The notes under the pieces were generated by a model. That model saw only the letters and a program-made list of their open reading frames with translations. It did no database searches and was not told where the DNA came from. Below, piece after piece: positions 1 through 25,700 of a DNA stretch of 64,000 bases. The stretch is from Lingula anatina. Lineage: Eukaryota > Animalia > Brachiopoda. Position numbers and translations under genes: made by a program. Numbering within the stretch: the first letter of the stretch is position 1; every line of letters starts with the position of its first letter. Location of the stretch: the NCBI GenBank assembly GCA_051362555.1, contig CM120640.1:46230788-46294787 (forward strand). The letters run 5' to 3'.

Positions 1-538
1 TAATTGAAAATAGTTATTAAAGGTTATGGTTGCTAATTTATATGTCTTATAGACTTTTTTATAATAGTTCAAGTGTACGTTCATGCCAATTTGGACTTTT
101 TAAGAGAGAGGAGTCGCTAGTTTTGGTTTATCAGGCACGTAGTCGGGGGTTGATCGTGGGGTTTTTACTAACCGCCATTTTTGTCGGGCAAAATTGCACT
201 TTTGGGTAATATTTGTCTCCTTTTTCATAAAAAAGAATTTCCCCCTTGGAAATAGATGGCTACGGGACCGTATATTGTTATTATATTGGAATGAACGCCA
301 CCTATGGCGGGAAGCGCCAGCATTTACCGGAGCGTGAAGAGAGTAGCGCGTTACTGGATACATTTGCATATACGTAACAATCTAGCCGTCGTATGCCAAC
401 TGCACCGGAAACTCTCTATTAATTTTATTATTATTATACATTACAATTTTGGTCGAAGAATATTGATAATGCATAGAATTTATTTTATTTTTTTTATATG
501 AATTTGTTGTTTCCATGGGGTTTTTTTCTGTGTTTCAG

Positions 539-3351
539 ATTGGTTTTCCATTTTAGCAGCATTCAATATAACCCTGTGTTGTTCAGTGCGAATAGGATGC
601 AAGATAGTATTGGATAAGTGGTGGTAAGTGATAAAAGAGATGAAACACGTGGTGTAATCTTTAAAATGATACTTTTAGAAAATACTAATGAAAATACATG
701 TTCATGTTAATGAAATGATTTATAAGATTAAATTAAAAGGCAAATTAAGCTTTTCTTGTTCACAGTGATTGTTTGGGTGTTTACATGTGTCAGGAGACTC
801 AAATTCCTTTGATATTTATTATTTGTAATATGTAATCGGTGTGATAAAAAGTAAGAATTATAACATGCAGAATATCACATTGTGAAGCTTTTTCAAATAA
901 TAAGGGTCATGGCAAGAAAAGAAAAAACCCAAAGTGGTGTTGCCAGAGAGTGGCAGCTTGGTACAAGGTTCACATCCTCCTAAATGCATTGAAAAATTTT
1001 TTTTTCTTTTTTTTTTCTCAGGATCACCATCATTGTTTGCTTGCTTGTTTCTCTGTTCTTTACATTCATCCCTTGGGCAGGGAATGCATATGGCCCAGAT
1101 GGCCTTGAATATGGAATGTGGTGGTAAGTCTACACATCATGTTATGATAAACGTAACTATACTTTACTGAATATACTGTTCTTACAATTTTGTACTTCAG
1201 AACTTTCTGGACATGAAAACTTAATCATGAATTCACAAGATATATTGTGCAGATGCTAGCCATCAAAACAAAATTTCCATTGCATTCTCTAGATTATAGT
1301 TTGTACTTTTTTTATCATTTCCTATGATTTTATTGCCATTAAAGCATTAATTTGCATTTCCAGCTGGATTCGCAATGATAAACTTTGGTGGCAGTTTGGA
1401 ACGTAAGTATTGATATTAGTTTTGTTTGAACATGTATTTGCTGTGTGCAGTAGAATATGTATTTTGTGATAAAGAATGTAGAGGAACAAGTGCATATGGC
1501 ATTCAGTCTGATGATATACTTGAGACAGGAACCAAGTGTAGCTGTTTTATGTAAAATTTTGTGCCAAAGTAAATGATCATTATCACTAGAATCATTAGCA
1601 AATACAATTCCATGGAACCATAAACAATCTTATTGATAATATTGATTTATGTTGAAATAGAAACAAATATTAATTTTATTTAATAAAAACTAATTTATGA
1701 ATATTTTTATTCTTATATTTCAGGTGGTATATTTGGTTACTCATAGGGATATTGCTGATGTTTTTTATGCCCATCATTGCATATTCCTGCAGACGAAAAT
1801 GCGTAAGTTGATATATGCACTACTAGTAAAACTGTATTGATTTTTAAAAGTTTTTGGCCCCTTTTGGAGTAGATGCCCGATTACCATCTCCTCCCTCACC
1901 CCTTTAATCCCAGCTGTCACCCTTTAGTGAGGCATGTTACAAACAAGTAAACTAAATCATGTTTTATTGTATATTTAGCCATTTTTTGTAAGAATGCATT
2001 AAAATGAAGTCAAATTAAAAAGTTATTTACATACTAGTGTGTTTTGCCTTGACACTTTAATTCCCAGCAGCTTAGTGTTACCAGTACAACTTAAACATTT
2101 GTTAATTGACGTTTATTATTTTTATTTACTATTTATTCATTACTACTTATTCACTTATTCATTCATACTACCGTTGCAACCACCACAATTAAACTTATCA
2201 GCTTTTAAAAATTTTGTGCCACATTTGTGGGTCTGTGATTATATAAACTTATTTGATTCAGTATTTTGGAAGTTTCCACATTATGCGATGTTAGTTCATT
2301 GTGATGGAATTTCACAGAATTCTTGAACATAAAAGTTAATCTTATGATTTTAGGATGACCATGCAAAAGCAGCCTTGTGCATGGTGCTTTATCCAGTACT
2401 TTATCTCATTTGTTGGATTGCACCTGCAGTAAACAGGTAACTCCTTATCTAAAACTTGATAATTTGGTATTGTTATGATGAAATAGGAATTAATGTATGA
2501 ATAACTTATCAAGATGTTTTTTGAAAAGTAGACAAAAACTATAGTTGACTTCAGTTTAACAAATCAGAATTTATGATTAATCCAACATTTGTGCGATTTC
2601 TTTAGATAATATTCCAAACCTTATTTAGTATTGAGGTGATTACCTCATTTATTTATTAAGGTGTTTGCTAAGCTTATGAATATTGGTCAGTTAAGTGTGA
2701 GTTATTAAAGATTACAGCAGGATGGCATTTGCAGTGAAAAGCATAGACTTTCGTAACTACCAGCTTTATTCTCAGTGCACAGATTTGAAGCATATTATTC
2801 ATAAATCTACATGTTCCATTAGTCTCCAGAGTTACCTTTTCTAGATATCAAGAACTTGTACACAGCTGTGAGCCAAGAATCTACTCCCATGTTTTAGGAC
2901 ACACAGTTTCAGTCAGTCTTTATGGTATGTTATTTTCATTCATGTTTAATATATTGTTGGCTGGGAGTGATGGGAGTGATGAAATCTGTACTCGAAAGAC
3001 TGGGAGATTAGAAACATTTTTAATGAATAACATTTAACCTTGGAGACGGATTATAGTCTTTCAGAAGTCTAGGCACTGTAGTTAGGGGAAAAAACCAAGG
3101 ATTGCCAATTTATTAGTCATAAAATTACATGCATATTTTTGTTGGAATGATGCTTTTAACAATAGAAAAGCACCTGATGCAAAGGTAATCGAGAGCCAAA
3201 AGTTGCAATTTCCATATACTTCATAAGATAATAACTGAATATTTTATTTATTGTAGGACTTCTGATAGCAATAGCATACATAGTTACATCAAAATGTATC
3301 TGTGATGGAGGAGATGGAGGCGGGGCCACAGAAATGCACGCTCGTTATTAG
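539..3351 (+). CDS. cAMP-receptor-like (Dicty_CAR / GCR1 / GPR157-type) 7TM receptor, 5'-partial (about TM3-TM7); exons 539-623, 1022-1123, 1364-1402, 1724-1802, 2354-2436, 2845-2924, 3257-3351
   Basis: GT-AG exons join in frame: WFSILAAFNITLCC...W|ITIIVCLLVSLFFTFIPWAGNAYGPDGLEYGMWC|WIRNDKLWWQFGT|WYIWLLIGILLMFFMPIIAY...|LYPVLYLICWIAPAVNR|Y...LYG|LLIAIAY...HARY*. The YGP..G.WCWI and YP+.Y++CW..A.+NR motifs are typical of this family. The N-terminal exons were not found and presumably lie upstream of the window. Confidence 0.75.
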
Positions 3352-5091
3352 AAGGTGAAGATTGCATTAGGAAAATATTAAGATGACAAGTCCTCTTTAT
3401 GTGCATGGGTATAAATGCAATTTCAATATGATGATGTTTATACCAATACATGGATGTGCATGACTATTTACAATAGCAGCTGAGTGACAAAATACCTGAA
3501 CAACTGAATGGAAGTTTTTTCAAGTTTAAAATACAATACTACAAGTGATGTAAATATAGATTATTATTTGTGATGTTGATGTGCTACAGGTTATTCTTTA
3601 TCAACATCTTGGGGAAGAAAATAGGATATTCAGTTTTGGGATTTCTCTAGCCCGAAACCAGATATGAAAATGATCTAAATGGCAATATAAAGCCGACTGA
3701 AAGCACTACAAAATACTTTAATGAAATTCTCTAAAATGACTTTTTTTTTTATAAAATTAGCTTTCATTTGAAAATTTTACCACATAAGAATTGGCTGTAA
3801 AAGTTATAATTTTCAATTTCGACAATCCCTGAAAGCCATCTTTGACCCATGAGAAGATGTACTTGAAACCAAATAACAGATCTTATCAATCTTGCAAGGT
3901 TTAACGAACAAACAAAACAAAAAGAACATTGACGGGCAGTTTAACTAAGCTTAATATAAAGCTTAATATTATAAAATATTAGTTTTATAGTTTAAAAATG
4001 TTAGTTTTATATCTAATGCATCACTGATTTGTGAGATATGCTTCATAAATGTTTATTTTTGCTGACATTTCTGACTTCTAACCCAGGTATTTGCAAAGAC
4101 CAAATGCATATGGCACAACTCTCATTCATCTATCTACTGTATTCATATATCTACTGTAAATTGTATGAGAACATGCAGTTTGAGCAGTACTTGATGTGAA
4201 CAGATATTTTTTTACTCATTCTTAAATTTATTTTATATAACATATTTCAAATAACATAGAAGCTGATATATTTTATAATTGCAGTGTGATTTTAATTTCT
4301 GATTTACAAGTGTCATTTGACCAATGTAGAGGTTTAATGGAAATGTATGAAAATGACTGACTCAGAGGTGATATAATTAGTTTTGTTGTATATAAGCCTG
4401 AACCAGCTGAATTTAGATTTTGGAATATAAGCAATTAGGTTATAGTTCAATATTTCTGGACAGGGTGTGACCAAGCCTTACCAGGTTCAAAAAGTCATGG
4501 CATACTTCCAACATTTACACCAGTAATGTAGAGTACCTGACCTGACTACCATACTGTGTTACTTAACAGTATCATTGTACTTTTAAAATAATTTAAATTT
4601 TTAAGAATTTTAGTGATAATAACATTTAGGAACTTTGTATACACATTTATATTTGTAAAACTATTTTAAATTAAGAACTGAGGGCCAAATAAATGTTTTT
4701 AATATACATCTTTATTATTTTATCATTTACAACTTGTACACAGGTAAATATTCCATGAATTTACTTCATAATTTGAAATGATAAAAAAAAATAAATGGAT
4801 GAGTATAATTGTTATGTAATTTTTTGTGAATGATATACTTGTTACAAATCTTGCCTAGTGTTTTCAACTAAAGACAAGTGTCCAAGCAGCTAGAATCTGA
4901 AAGTCTTGTTTTTCTTTATCCAAGTTACAGGGCATGAACAGTGATCCTATCTGCATGAAGCCCATGCATAAAACTTTGAGCTGGTCCTCCCATGATGTGT
5001 AACGATAGTTCATCTTCCCTGCTTACATTGTGACCATAAACACCAAGCAGAACTGCTGTACTCTGAGCTCTAGGATTAGAGTTCCTTAAAC

Positions 5092-7003
5092 CTACACATA
5101 TAAGTCAAAGTCAATCCGCTTAGATGTGTAAAAGAGTCCACTTTCTCCTGCTTTCCGACAAAGGACACCATCTTTAAAATAATCCTCTTCTTGCCATTTT
5201 AACATCTGAGAACTGGAAAAGGGTCCATGAATCTCTGCATCATCTTTGTCTTCCCACTTGAACACCCACATTACTTCATCTGCCCCTGACAATGAGGGAT
5301 CTTTGTTTGTTTCTGGAAATCAAATTTGTTTTAATCATTATCACAAAAGACTTTTTTAAATTAAATTAATTATAATTCAACTGAGATCTTTCATATTTTT
5401 ATCAATGCTCTAAATAGAACTTTTAATGAAGTTACTTAATAATAAACGATATCAAATGAAAGGCTAAATACAATTTTATCAATACCATCATCAGAGATGA
5501 GACAAATTTTTGATGATATATAAGTGAGATAAAAAGACAAAGTTCTCTAAAATTTGAACAAGTTATTTTTTATTTTAAAAATAGATTATTTTAAAGATAT
5601 TGATGATTAAATTTACCTGCTTTCGTAGGTTCCTCTTTGCTTTCCTTAGTATCCCTTTCTTTAACAACGCCCTCCTTTTCATCAAAATGTTCACCAAACA
5701 TGTCCAAAGCATCATCATCCTCTGTGCCTTCTGGAATTTGCAACTTTTGCTGTTCTTTTACTTTTAATGAATAACTGATGCCTTCATATGTTTCTTGGTA
5801 GATATCCATATTCCCATCACTAACCATTTTATCAGCAAGTTCTGTCAATTTCAACATGGCTTCTTTATTTGCTTTTTCCTCTTCTGTCTCTTCAACCTTC
5901 ATTTTCTTAGCTTTCCATCGCTGACTGGCAGACATGGATTTCTTGCTTCCAGCTAATCGTTTGAGCGCTTTCTGAACTGTTTCTCCAGGCTTCATAATTT
6001 CAAGCATTTTAGAGTAAATTTCAGTGTGGTCAAGTGGTGGTGGATCTTCCTCGTCATCTTCCTCCTCAGTGTCTTTCTTATCCATTGGTTTTACTTGGAC
6101 CCAGTCAATGTTATCAATCCAGCTATCATAAACCCTGTCCTGGAATTGAATAATTCTTATAAATCTGTATGGGAATCCAATAAATATTCAGACTTCCTTT
6201 TTGTAACGCACTAAGAAATATTATGTCAGAAATATTATTGACTAATTATCAGTGTTATCCTATATGCAAAAGATTAACAATACATTTCTGATTCACAACA
6301 AATTGCACTGGGGTTTTTACAAGGTTCAGATGGTACACTAATTTTTATCCCATAATAAATCAGTGACAGTTAAAAATGTATGTGTGTGTGTGTGTGTGTG
6401 TGTGTACTAGCTGAGAGGGGTTGCATGATTATTTTACATCAAAAGAGCATCAATATTTTTTTTAATCCTGTCATGGTACATGGCTCTTTAGTTCATTATT
6501 GAAAAACATGCAAAATAAGAGAAATAACAATGTGCGACAATTTTCCGTTTCCATTTGGATTAACTTACTCTTTTATCGAATATGAATGTGCCCTCTTTAT
6601 CAAAGTGGCCCTCTTCCATTTCATCCTCCATGTTGAAAGGTGTGATCTTTATCCCCTCATCAAAATCAATCGTCCTTTCTTCTTGGCCTAAAACAAAATT
6701 AAAACATAAAAATAATGAACACATTCAATGCCTTTTTACTATGTACAGTATATCAGTATCTGTCATCTCCAATCCCACACCCGGAGGACAAAATCTGACA
6801 GACACAGGGAGGCAAAACTTGTTACATTTCCGTAAACCCATACCTTCAATATCTTCATCATCAAGACGGTCTCCATCGTCAACATTGTCCTCCTCGTCAC
6901 TGTCTAATGTATGCTTCTCTTTAAAACGTCGGGCTTGCTTCTCACCCTCCTGGTCGTGAGAGCCCGCGTCACCCTCATCAAAGCGCACTTTTCTGTTTGA
7001 CAT
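5092..7003 (-). CDS. CD2BP2: CD2 antigen cytoplasmic tail-binding protein 2 (U5-52K/Lin1), GYF domain; exons 7003-6844, 6687-6569, 6139-5617, 5312-5092
   Basis: [10 protein letters not shown]...[58 protein letters not shown] and the C-terminal GYF domain VMWVFKWE...[23 protein letters not shown]...KRIDFDLYV*. Splice sites are canonical and phase-consistent. Confidence 0.95.
6377..6405. repeat. (TG)n microsatellite in a CD2BP2 intron
   Basis: Directly visible TG run. Confidence 0.95.
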
Positions 7004-7119
7004 TTCTTGACCAATTGATATTTGGAAATAAAATGGTATCTGATTACTATATATATCACACGATTTTTCTCTTCTTGTCCCTTGGTTTGAAACAGGAATC
7101 AACTAAATATTTTAGGGTT

Positions 7120-7330
7120 ACGTTACTGATGCACGCCAGAACCTTTGAATATGGCGGCTTCTCGCGAGATCTCGCATGTTGTATACCTACACAACTATGT
7201 ATTGGAAGAATTCAGTGGGAAGATTTTACAGGAGTTTGGCTCGAGTCGTTACTCGATAAGAGGGAGAAATCGATGAACGTATAAAACAAGTGTTGGTAGC
7301 AAGAAAATCGTTTGTTTTTTATCCGTAAGT
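7120..7330. promoter_or_regulatory. Bidirectional promoter shared by CD2BP2 (-) and SANBR (+)
   Basis: CpG-rich patch between head-to-head genes. It contains AATATGGCGGC (YY1-like, 7148-7158) and the palindrome TCTCGCGAGA (BANP/CGCG element, 7160-7169). A + strand donor C|GTAAGT at 7325 probably ends a non-coding first SANBR exon. Confidence 0.65.
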
Positions 7331-7476
7331 ATTCATCTGAGGGGTATATTCAAGAATTTGTTACACTTTTGAGAAGGAATTAAACTAGTTAGCAATGGTA
7401 GTCGTGAGTTCGCTCAATTTTAAGTGTCTTGATTTGACTCGTCTTGTTATGAGGCTGCGGTGTCAAGTCTGCTTGT

Positions 7477-7480
7477 TTCG

Positions 7481-7544
<64 letters not shown>

Positions 7545-7565
7545 CGAATATATATATATATATAT
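7477..7565. repeat. (AT)n microsatellite with palindromic flanks
   Basis: TTCGAATT-(AT)n-AATTCGAA (7477-7548), followed by a second short AT run. Confidence 0.95.
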
Positions 7566-8077
7566 TCCAAAGCACACCTTTACTTGAAGTTAACGTGCAG
7601 TTTAGAGGCAAGGGGCGCAATGGCCCTGGGCGAGACGCTGGTAAATATAAATACCTATAATTTCATGTAGTCTAGATGTGACTCACATTGAATATTTGGA
7701 AATCGATATAGTTATATAGTGTGGCAATACTGTTGCACAGCCCCAAGTTTCAGTATCTAAGGTATTTCATACGAGGGGGGGGCATGCCTGGGAGATGAAA
7801 GGGACCCGCAGACATGGGAAGTTAAGGTGCTGGCAAGCTGTATTGCAAAATGTTTACTTGCCTGATAAATTTATCTCTAGCTTGATATCTTTCAATGTCC
7901 ACCTAGATGCAATGGTTAACTTTATTTTCTTATATATCATTTTTAATAGTAAATGCCATCTGTCTACTTCAAGATAAAGAGACTTTTCTAAGTCTGCCCT
8001 TGTTATTTAAAATGAAATCTGTGGTGTTCAGAAATCAACAGTGTACAGTATATTTTTTCAGACTCCTTTTCAGCAAC

Positions 8078-21459
<13,382 letters not shown>

Positions 21460-22319
21460 CCATGTGCATCACCATGGGCAGCAACCATAATAACAACTAT
21501 GAAAGACATTTGGAATTACTGAATTCTGAACCACATAATACCAGGGTGTTCAAGCTGTTTATCTATACAGTGTTGAGTTGTGAAGGTGTTTTGTTGAGGG
21601 GAAAAAGTTCATATATGTATATGAAATATAATCAGAGCTAGAGAGGCAATATGTATGGGTCAATTTTAGTCTGTGAAGTAGAGAAAATAAAAGTATGCAT
21701 TCAGTAGATTGCACAGCTGTCACTTGATAATACAGCCATCCTTTTTTACTGCAATGATCTCTGTACTACCTCAGATATTAAAGTAAATAAAAGTTTTGCA
21801 CATCCATTTCTGAGGAAAAAAACTGTGTTCAGTAATATGTTAAATGCTGAAAAAGTCACCATATACACACAATTGTTACCAGTGGACTTTTTTCAGCATT
21901 CATTTCAAAGAATATTGCTCTTAGACCTTCTTGTTTTATTGTTTTCCTTCTGATGGCTGTGCATGCTCTTTATTGTGTTGCTGCTGTAAGCATTAAAATG
22001 TGTCCTGTTTGTGATATAATGATTTTTGTGTGTAAAATGGAAATGTTACAATTGTAACACATTTTATGTGGCCCTCAGAATACTTTTACAGAAAAAATAA
22101 AATATTGATTTAAGTTGCTGTTGTTAATGCATCCATTTTTTTTAATTTTTATTTATTTATTTATATTTATCATTATAATTATTATTTTGTGCACATTATC
22201 ATCTGAGAATATTCAAGTTATGAAAATATTCAAGATTTACAACGGGCATTCATAATGACAAAGAAACAAAATTCTGCAAGTGACTCAAATTGGGCTGCCT
22301 CTAATAACGGTGGGCTTGT

Positions 22320-22451
22320 CAGGCCTGTAGCCAGGGGAGTTCAAAAGAACCCCTTTTTTGTTGGGAAAAGGTCCCCTCTAGGTAAATTTTTGTCATGTTC
22401 CACTTTTCCACAAAAAGAATCCCCCTTTTGAAATTGCTGGCTACAGGCTTG
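22320..22451. mobile_element. MITE, hAT-like CAGG termini, 5-bp TSD
   Basis: TIRs CAGGCCTGTAGCCAG ... CTGGCTACAGGCTTG, flanked by CTTGT on both sides. Confidence 0.8.
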
Positions 22452-22767
22452 CTTGTAAAATGTTCAATGTAAAATTGTTCCTTTTCAATGTAATTATAGG
22501 TCTGAAAATAGGTTTAATTTTAATATTCTTTCTGCAATAAAGACAACTACAAGTTTTTAACTAAAAAATAAAAGATCGCATCTACTTTTCCGTGCCGTCA
22601 CAACCGGGGGCATTCGCCTCAGCGCAACTATCACATTTTACAAGTTCTTTTACGTGTAAAGACTTGGAAGTTTCCCTGTTAGGTCCTCTCACTATTTCTA
22701 GAAAAAATTCACTCGTTTGAAATTTGATGTTAGGGGAATACGAGTAAGAAATATCATACCGGAAGGA

Positions 22768-25700
22768 ATGGATACACAAGAAATAGTGAATTCTGACCAG
22801 TCAGACGACGGCATGAGTTTGCATTCTGGTGAAGTATTGAATGCGTTAACAAAGTAAGTAGATCTAATATTATCATGTCTTTGTTGACTCTATATTATGA
22901 CACTTGCTTCTAGACTGGGATCCGAACTTTTTGTCTGATCATCTTAAAAACTTCTAACTTGGCACAGGTATTTTGATTTCTATTTTTTTTTTTTTTTTTC
23001 ATTTCCATTTCTTAAAATTTCTCTAATGGAACAAATGTTATCATAAATTTGATAAGCAACACTATTATTTAGAACTAGATCTAAAATTTTGCAATTTTAT
23101 TGGCCCATAGTCGTTAGGTGAAATGGGAAAAATACACAGGAAAAAATACAGTGTTTTAATATAACTGGATAAATGTGAGGGAAATCGGGCAAAGTTCCCC
23201 TCTTAAGAATCTGAAAAGAATGAAAAAATAGAGCCCCCCCCCCCAAAAAAAAAAAAAAAAAAAAAAAGATTAAAAAAAAGCCTTTCTATCAGCCAAAAAT
23301 TTGCATGTAGTTTGGAAGTGCATCGAAATTAGAACAATATCAAAATGAGAATTTAAAACTCGAGTGTATGAGACATGGCACTTTAGTCAGGTAAACCTGA
23401 GACTTAGAAGATGTTTTTTTCCCATTAAAATAAGTATATAGTCACCACCTAGGTTTTTTTTTTTTTTTTTTTAAATTTCAAAACAGCAACTGGTGTTAAA
23501 GATAATTATAATTGAAGAAAACAATCAGCTTTTTGGTATGTTGATTCTATGTATAACAACCTAATTTGATTCTTTATTTTAGATCTTTCTGGAGTAAAAT
23601 CAGTGACTGCCAAAATGAAGGTACTAGTATGATTCCTGTGTCGGCATTATTTACATACTGTACTGGTAACATGAAATTGTTCTATATAATTACATATTTT
23701 AAAGTTAGTGAGTCTGATTGAACTTCACTTCAAACTGTCATTATTATTATTATTGTTAATATGTTACTTTAAGATGCATTTTAAAGCTCACAATTAATGT
23801 AATATATGTTGTTGTTGTTTTTTACCTTCTCTTTTCATCATTATGGTGGTCAAGTTTTTAAAGAAAGTTCCTTTGATATGGTGTATTTATGATTTAATGA
23901 AGTATGCAAAATACTTTAAAATAGTGAACTTTACAGAAACTGTCTCACAAGAAATCCCTAATATGATGATGTCTGGTAAACAGGTAGGTCATTTTAAAAT
24001 GCAAAAATATTCATGCATTCAGTGAAGTAAGTAATTGTACTGCCTTACAATAAATGAGTGACTAAATTATTGACATATTAGTAAAAAAAATTACATTTCA
24101 GTTATGAAAGATACATGTGCACATATACTTTCCAGAGTATTTTTCATTATTGTTAATAGATTGCTCATAATTTCTTTAAGGAATGTATTACCAGTAGTTT
24201 GAACAGTGCAGAAGATATGACTATGGTAGAAACAAACAGAGTTAAACTGGACCAGATGTCACTGTGTCACAATGGGGATGTCACTATGAACATTCAGAAC
24301 TCAGATAATTTGAACAAACAAGAAAGCTCTGCTGTCATCAAGGAAAACCCAGAAGATCTTGACGAGGAATCCAATGACTCCCAAAGCACTGTTTTCTCCC
24401 TTTGTGTGAGAAGTTACAGCACTGCAACACTCAAAGATGTGGAGATCATTCCTAATGCTTCTGGGGATTCAAGTTTTAGTCCTGACCTACTAAATCCACC
24501 ATCTCTGAGTAAAAAATGTGAAGACAAACAGATAGGGGAGCATGATGTGGAAAGTGATGATGAAACTGTCTTGGACTTTGAGGAATCATTTTTTCCCCAC
24601 TCACAACCACCAGTTTTATCACATGAAACCATTCCTGTACCAGGGACTTCTCAGCCAATTGAAGATGTAGAAAGCGATGTCTGTGAACTTGACATAAGCC
24701 AAAGTTTGCTTGAACCTAAAAATTATTCGCCTATCCAAACTTCTCGACCATCCAGCCAGATAGCAAGAGGTATTTATTTAAAAGAAAATACTTCTAGTCA
24801 ATCAGGCCAGAAAAATTTTGATGAAGAGGACAGTCTTCAAACTGAAAATGAGATTACACATTTGAATCCGAGGAATTCAGCTAGCTGCTCAGATACTAAA
24901 ACAGAGATTGGTCATAGATTGGATGCAATGATTGTGGAAGACACAATAAGCCAGAGCAGTAGTAGAAGCAGTGAGTCAAAGGAGATTGATGTAGGGCATT
25001 TGATAAATGAGGTGAGGCACTGTGGTGTTTGATTTCTTACAGCCTTGGTAAATCATGATATTTGCCACAGCCATAATTTCTAAGTTGAAACAGAAAAAAA
25101 TTAATCATATTTTCTAGAACAAGGTTTTGTTTGTTTTCCTTTTAAAATTTCTATATGGTGGGAATTACTTTCAATTGATTTCATTTTTATGTACAAATAC
25201 AGATGTGCATAATTATTAAAATTTGGTGTTGGCTTTGTTGTTAACCATTACGTAATATTGCATCAAAATTGACAAAATAACTTATTTTTTGCATCATGTT
25301 TTCTGGTTTTTGGCTGTACATTTGACAGCTTTGTTGCCTTGTTTAGGCATAGAAATCTCTTTTTTAATATTTAAATTGTAAATGGTTTGGTAACAGTGAA
25401 GAATGTGCTACATACCAGTACTCATATACATATTTATTAAGTTAGCTATTTCTACTGAGACAGTTCACTATAGTGTAGATACCTTTATAAAAATTTTAAT
25501 TGGCTGCTTTTTTTCAACTTTTAAATCATGATTTTACCATAGAGACATGAAAGAGAAATGGCAGCCCTTAACAGAATTGAAAAGAAACTCACAGAGCTTG
25601 GAAATGGACCGCTGGACTCAGATTCCAAGTTGGGTAAGTCTCTCATTTCACTCCCTTTGTAGAAAAAAGGGAAATATTTTACAACAATTTTACAAAAAAA

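Noticed and set aside
100-501. CpG-rich patch with ORFs 304-501 and 100-369 as the GPCR first exon or a MITE
   Set aside because: No TM1-2-like coding sequence with a usable donor and no convincing TIR/TSD pair.
7389-7670. ORFs with YIYIYI repeats
   Set aside because: Translation of the (AT)n microsatellite.
24414-24658. Minus-strand ORFs here and at 32435-32764
   Set aside because: Antisense shadows of long + strand coding exons.
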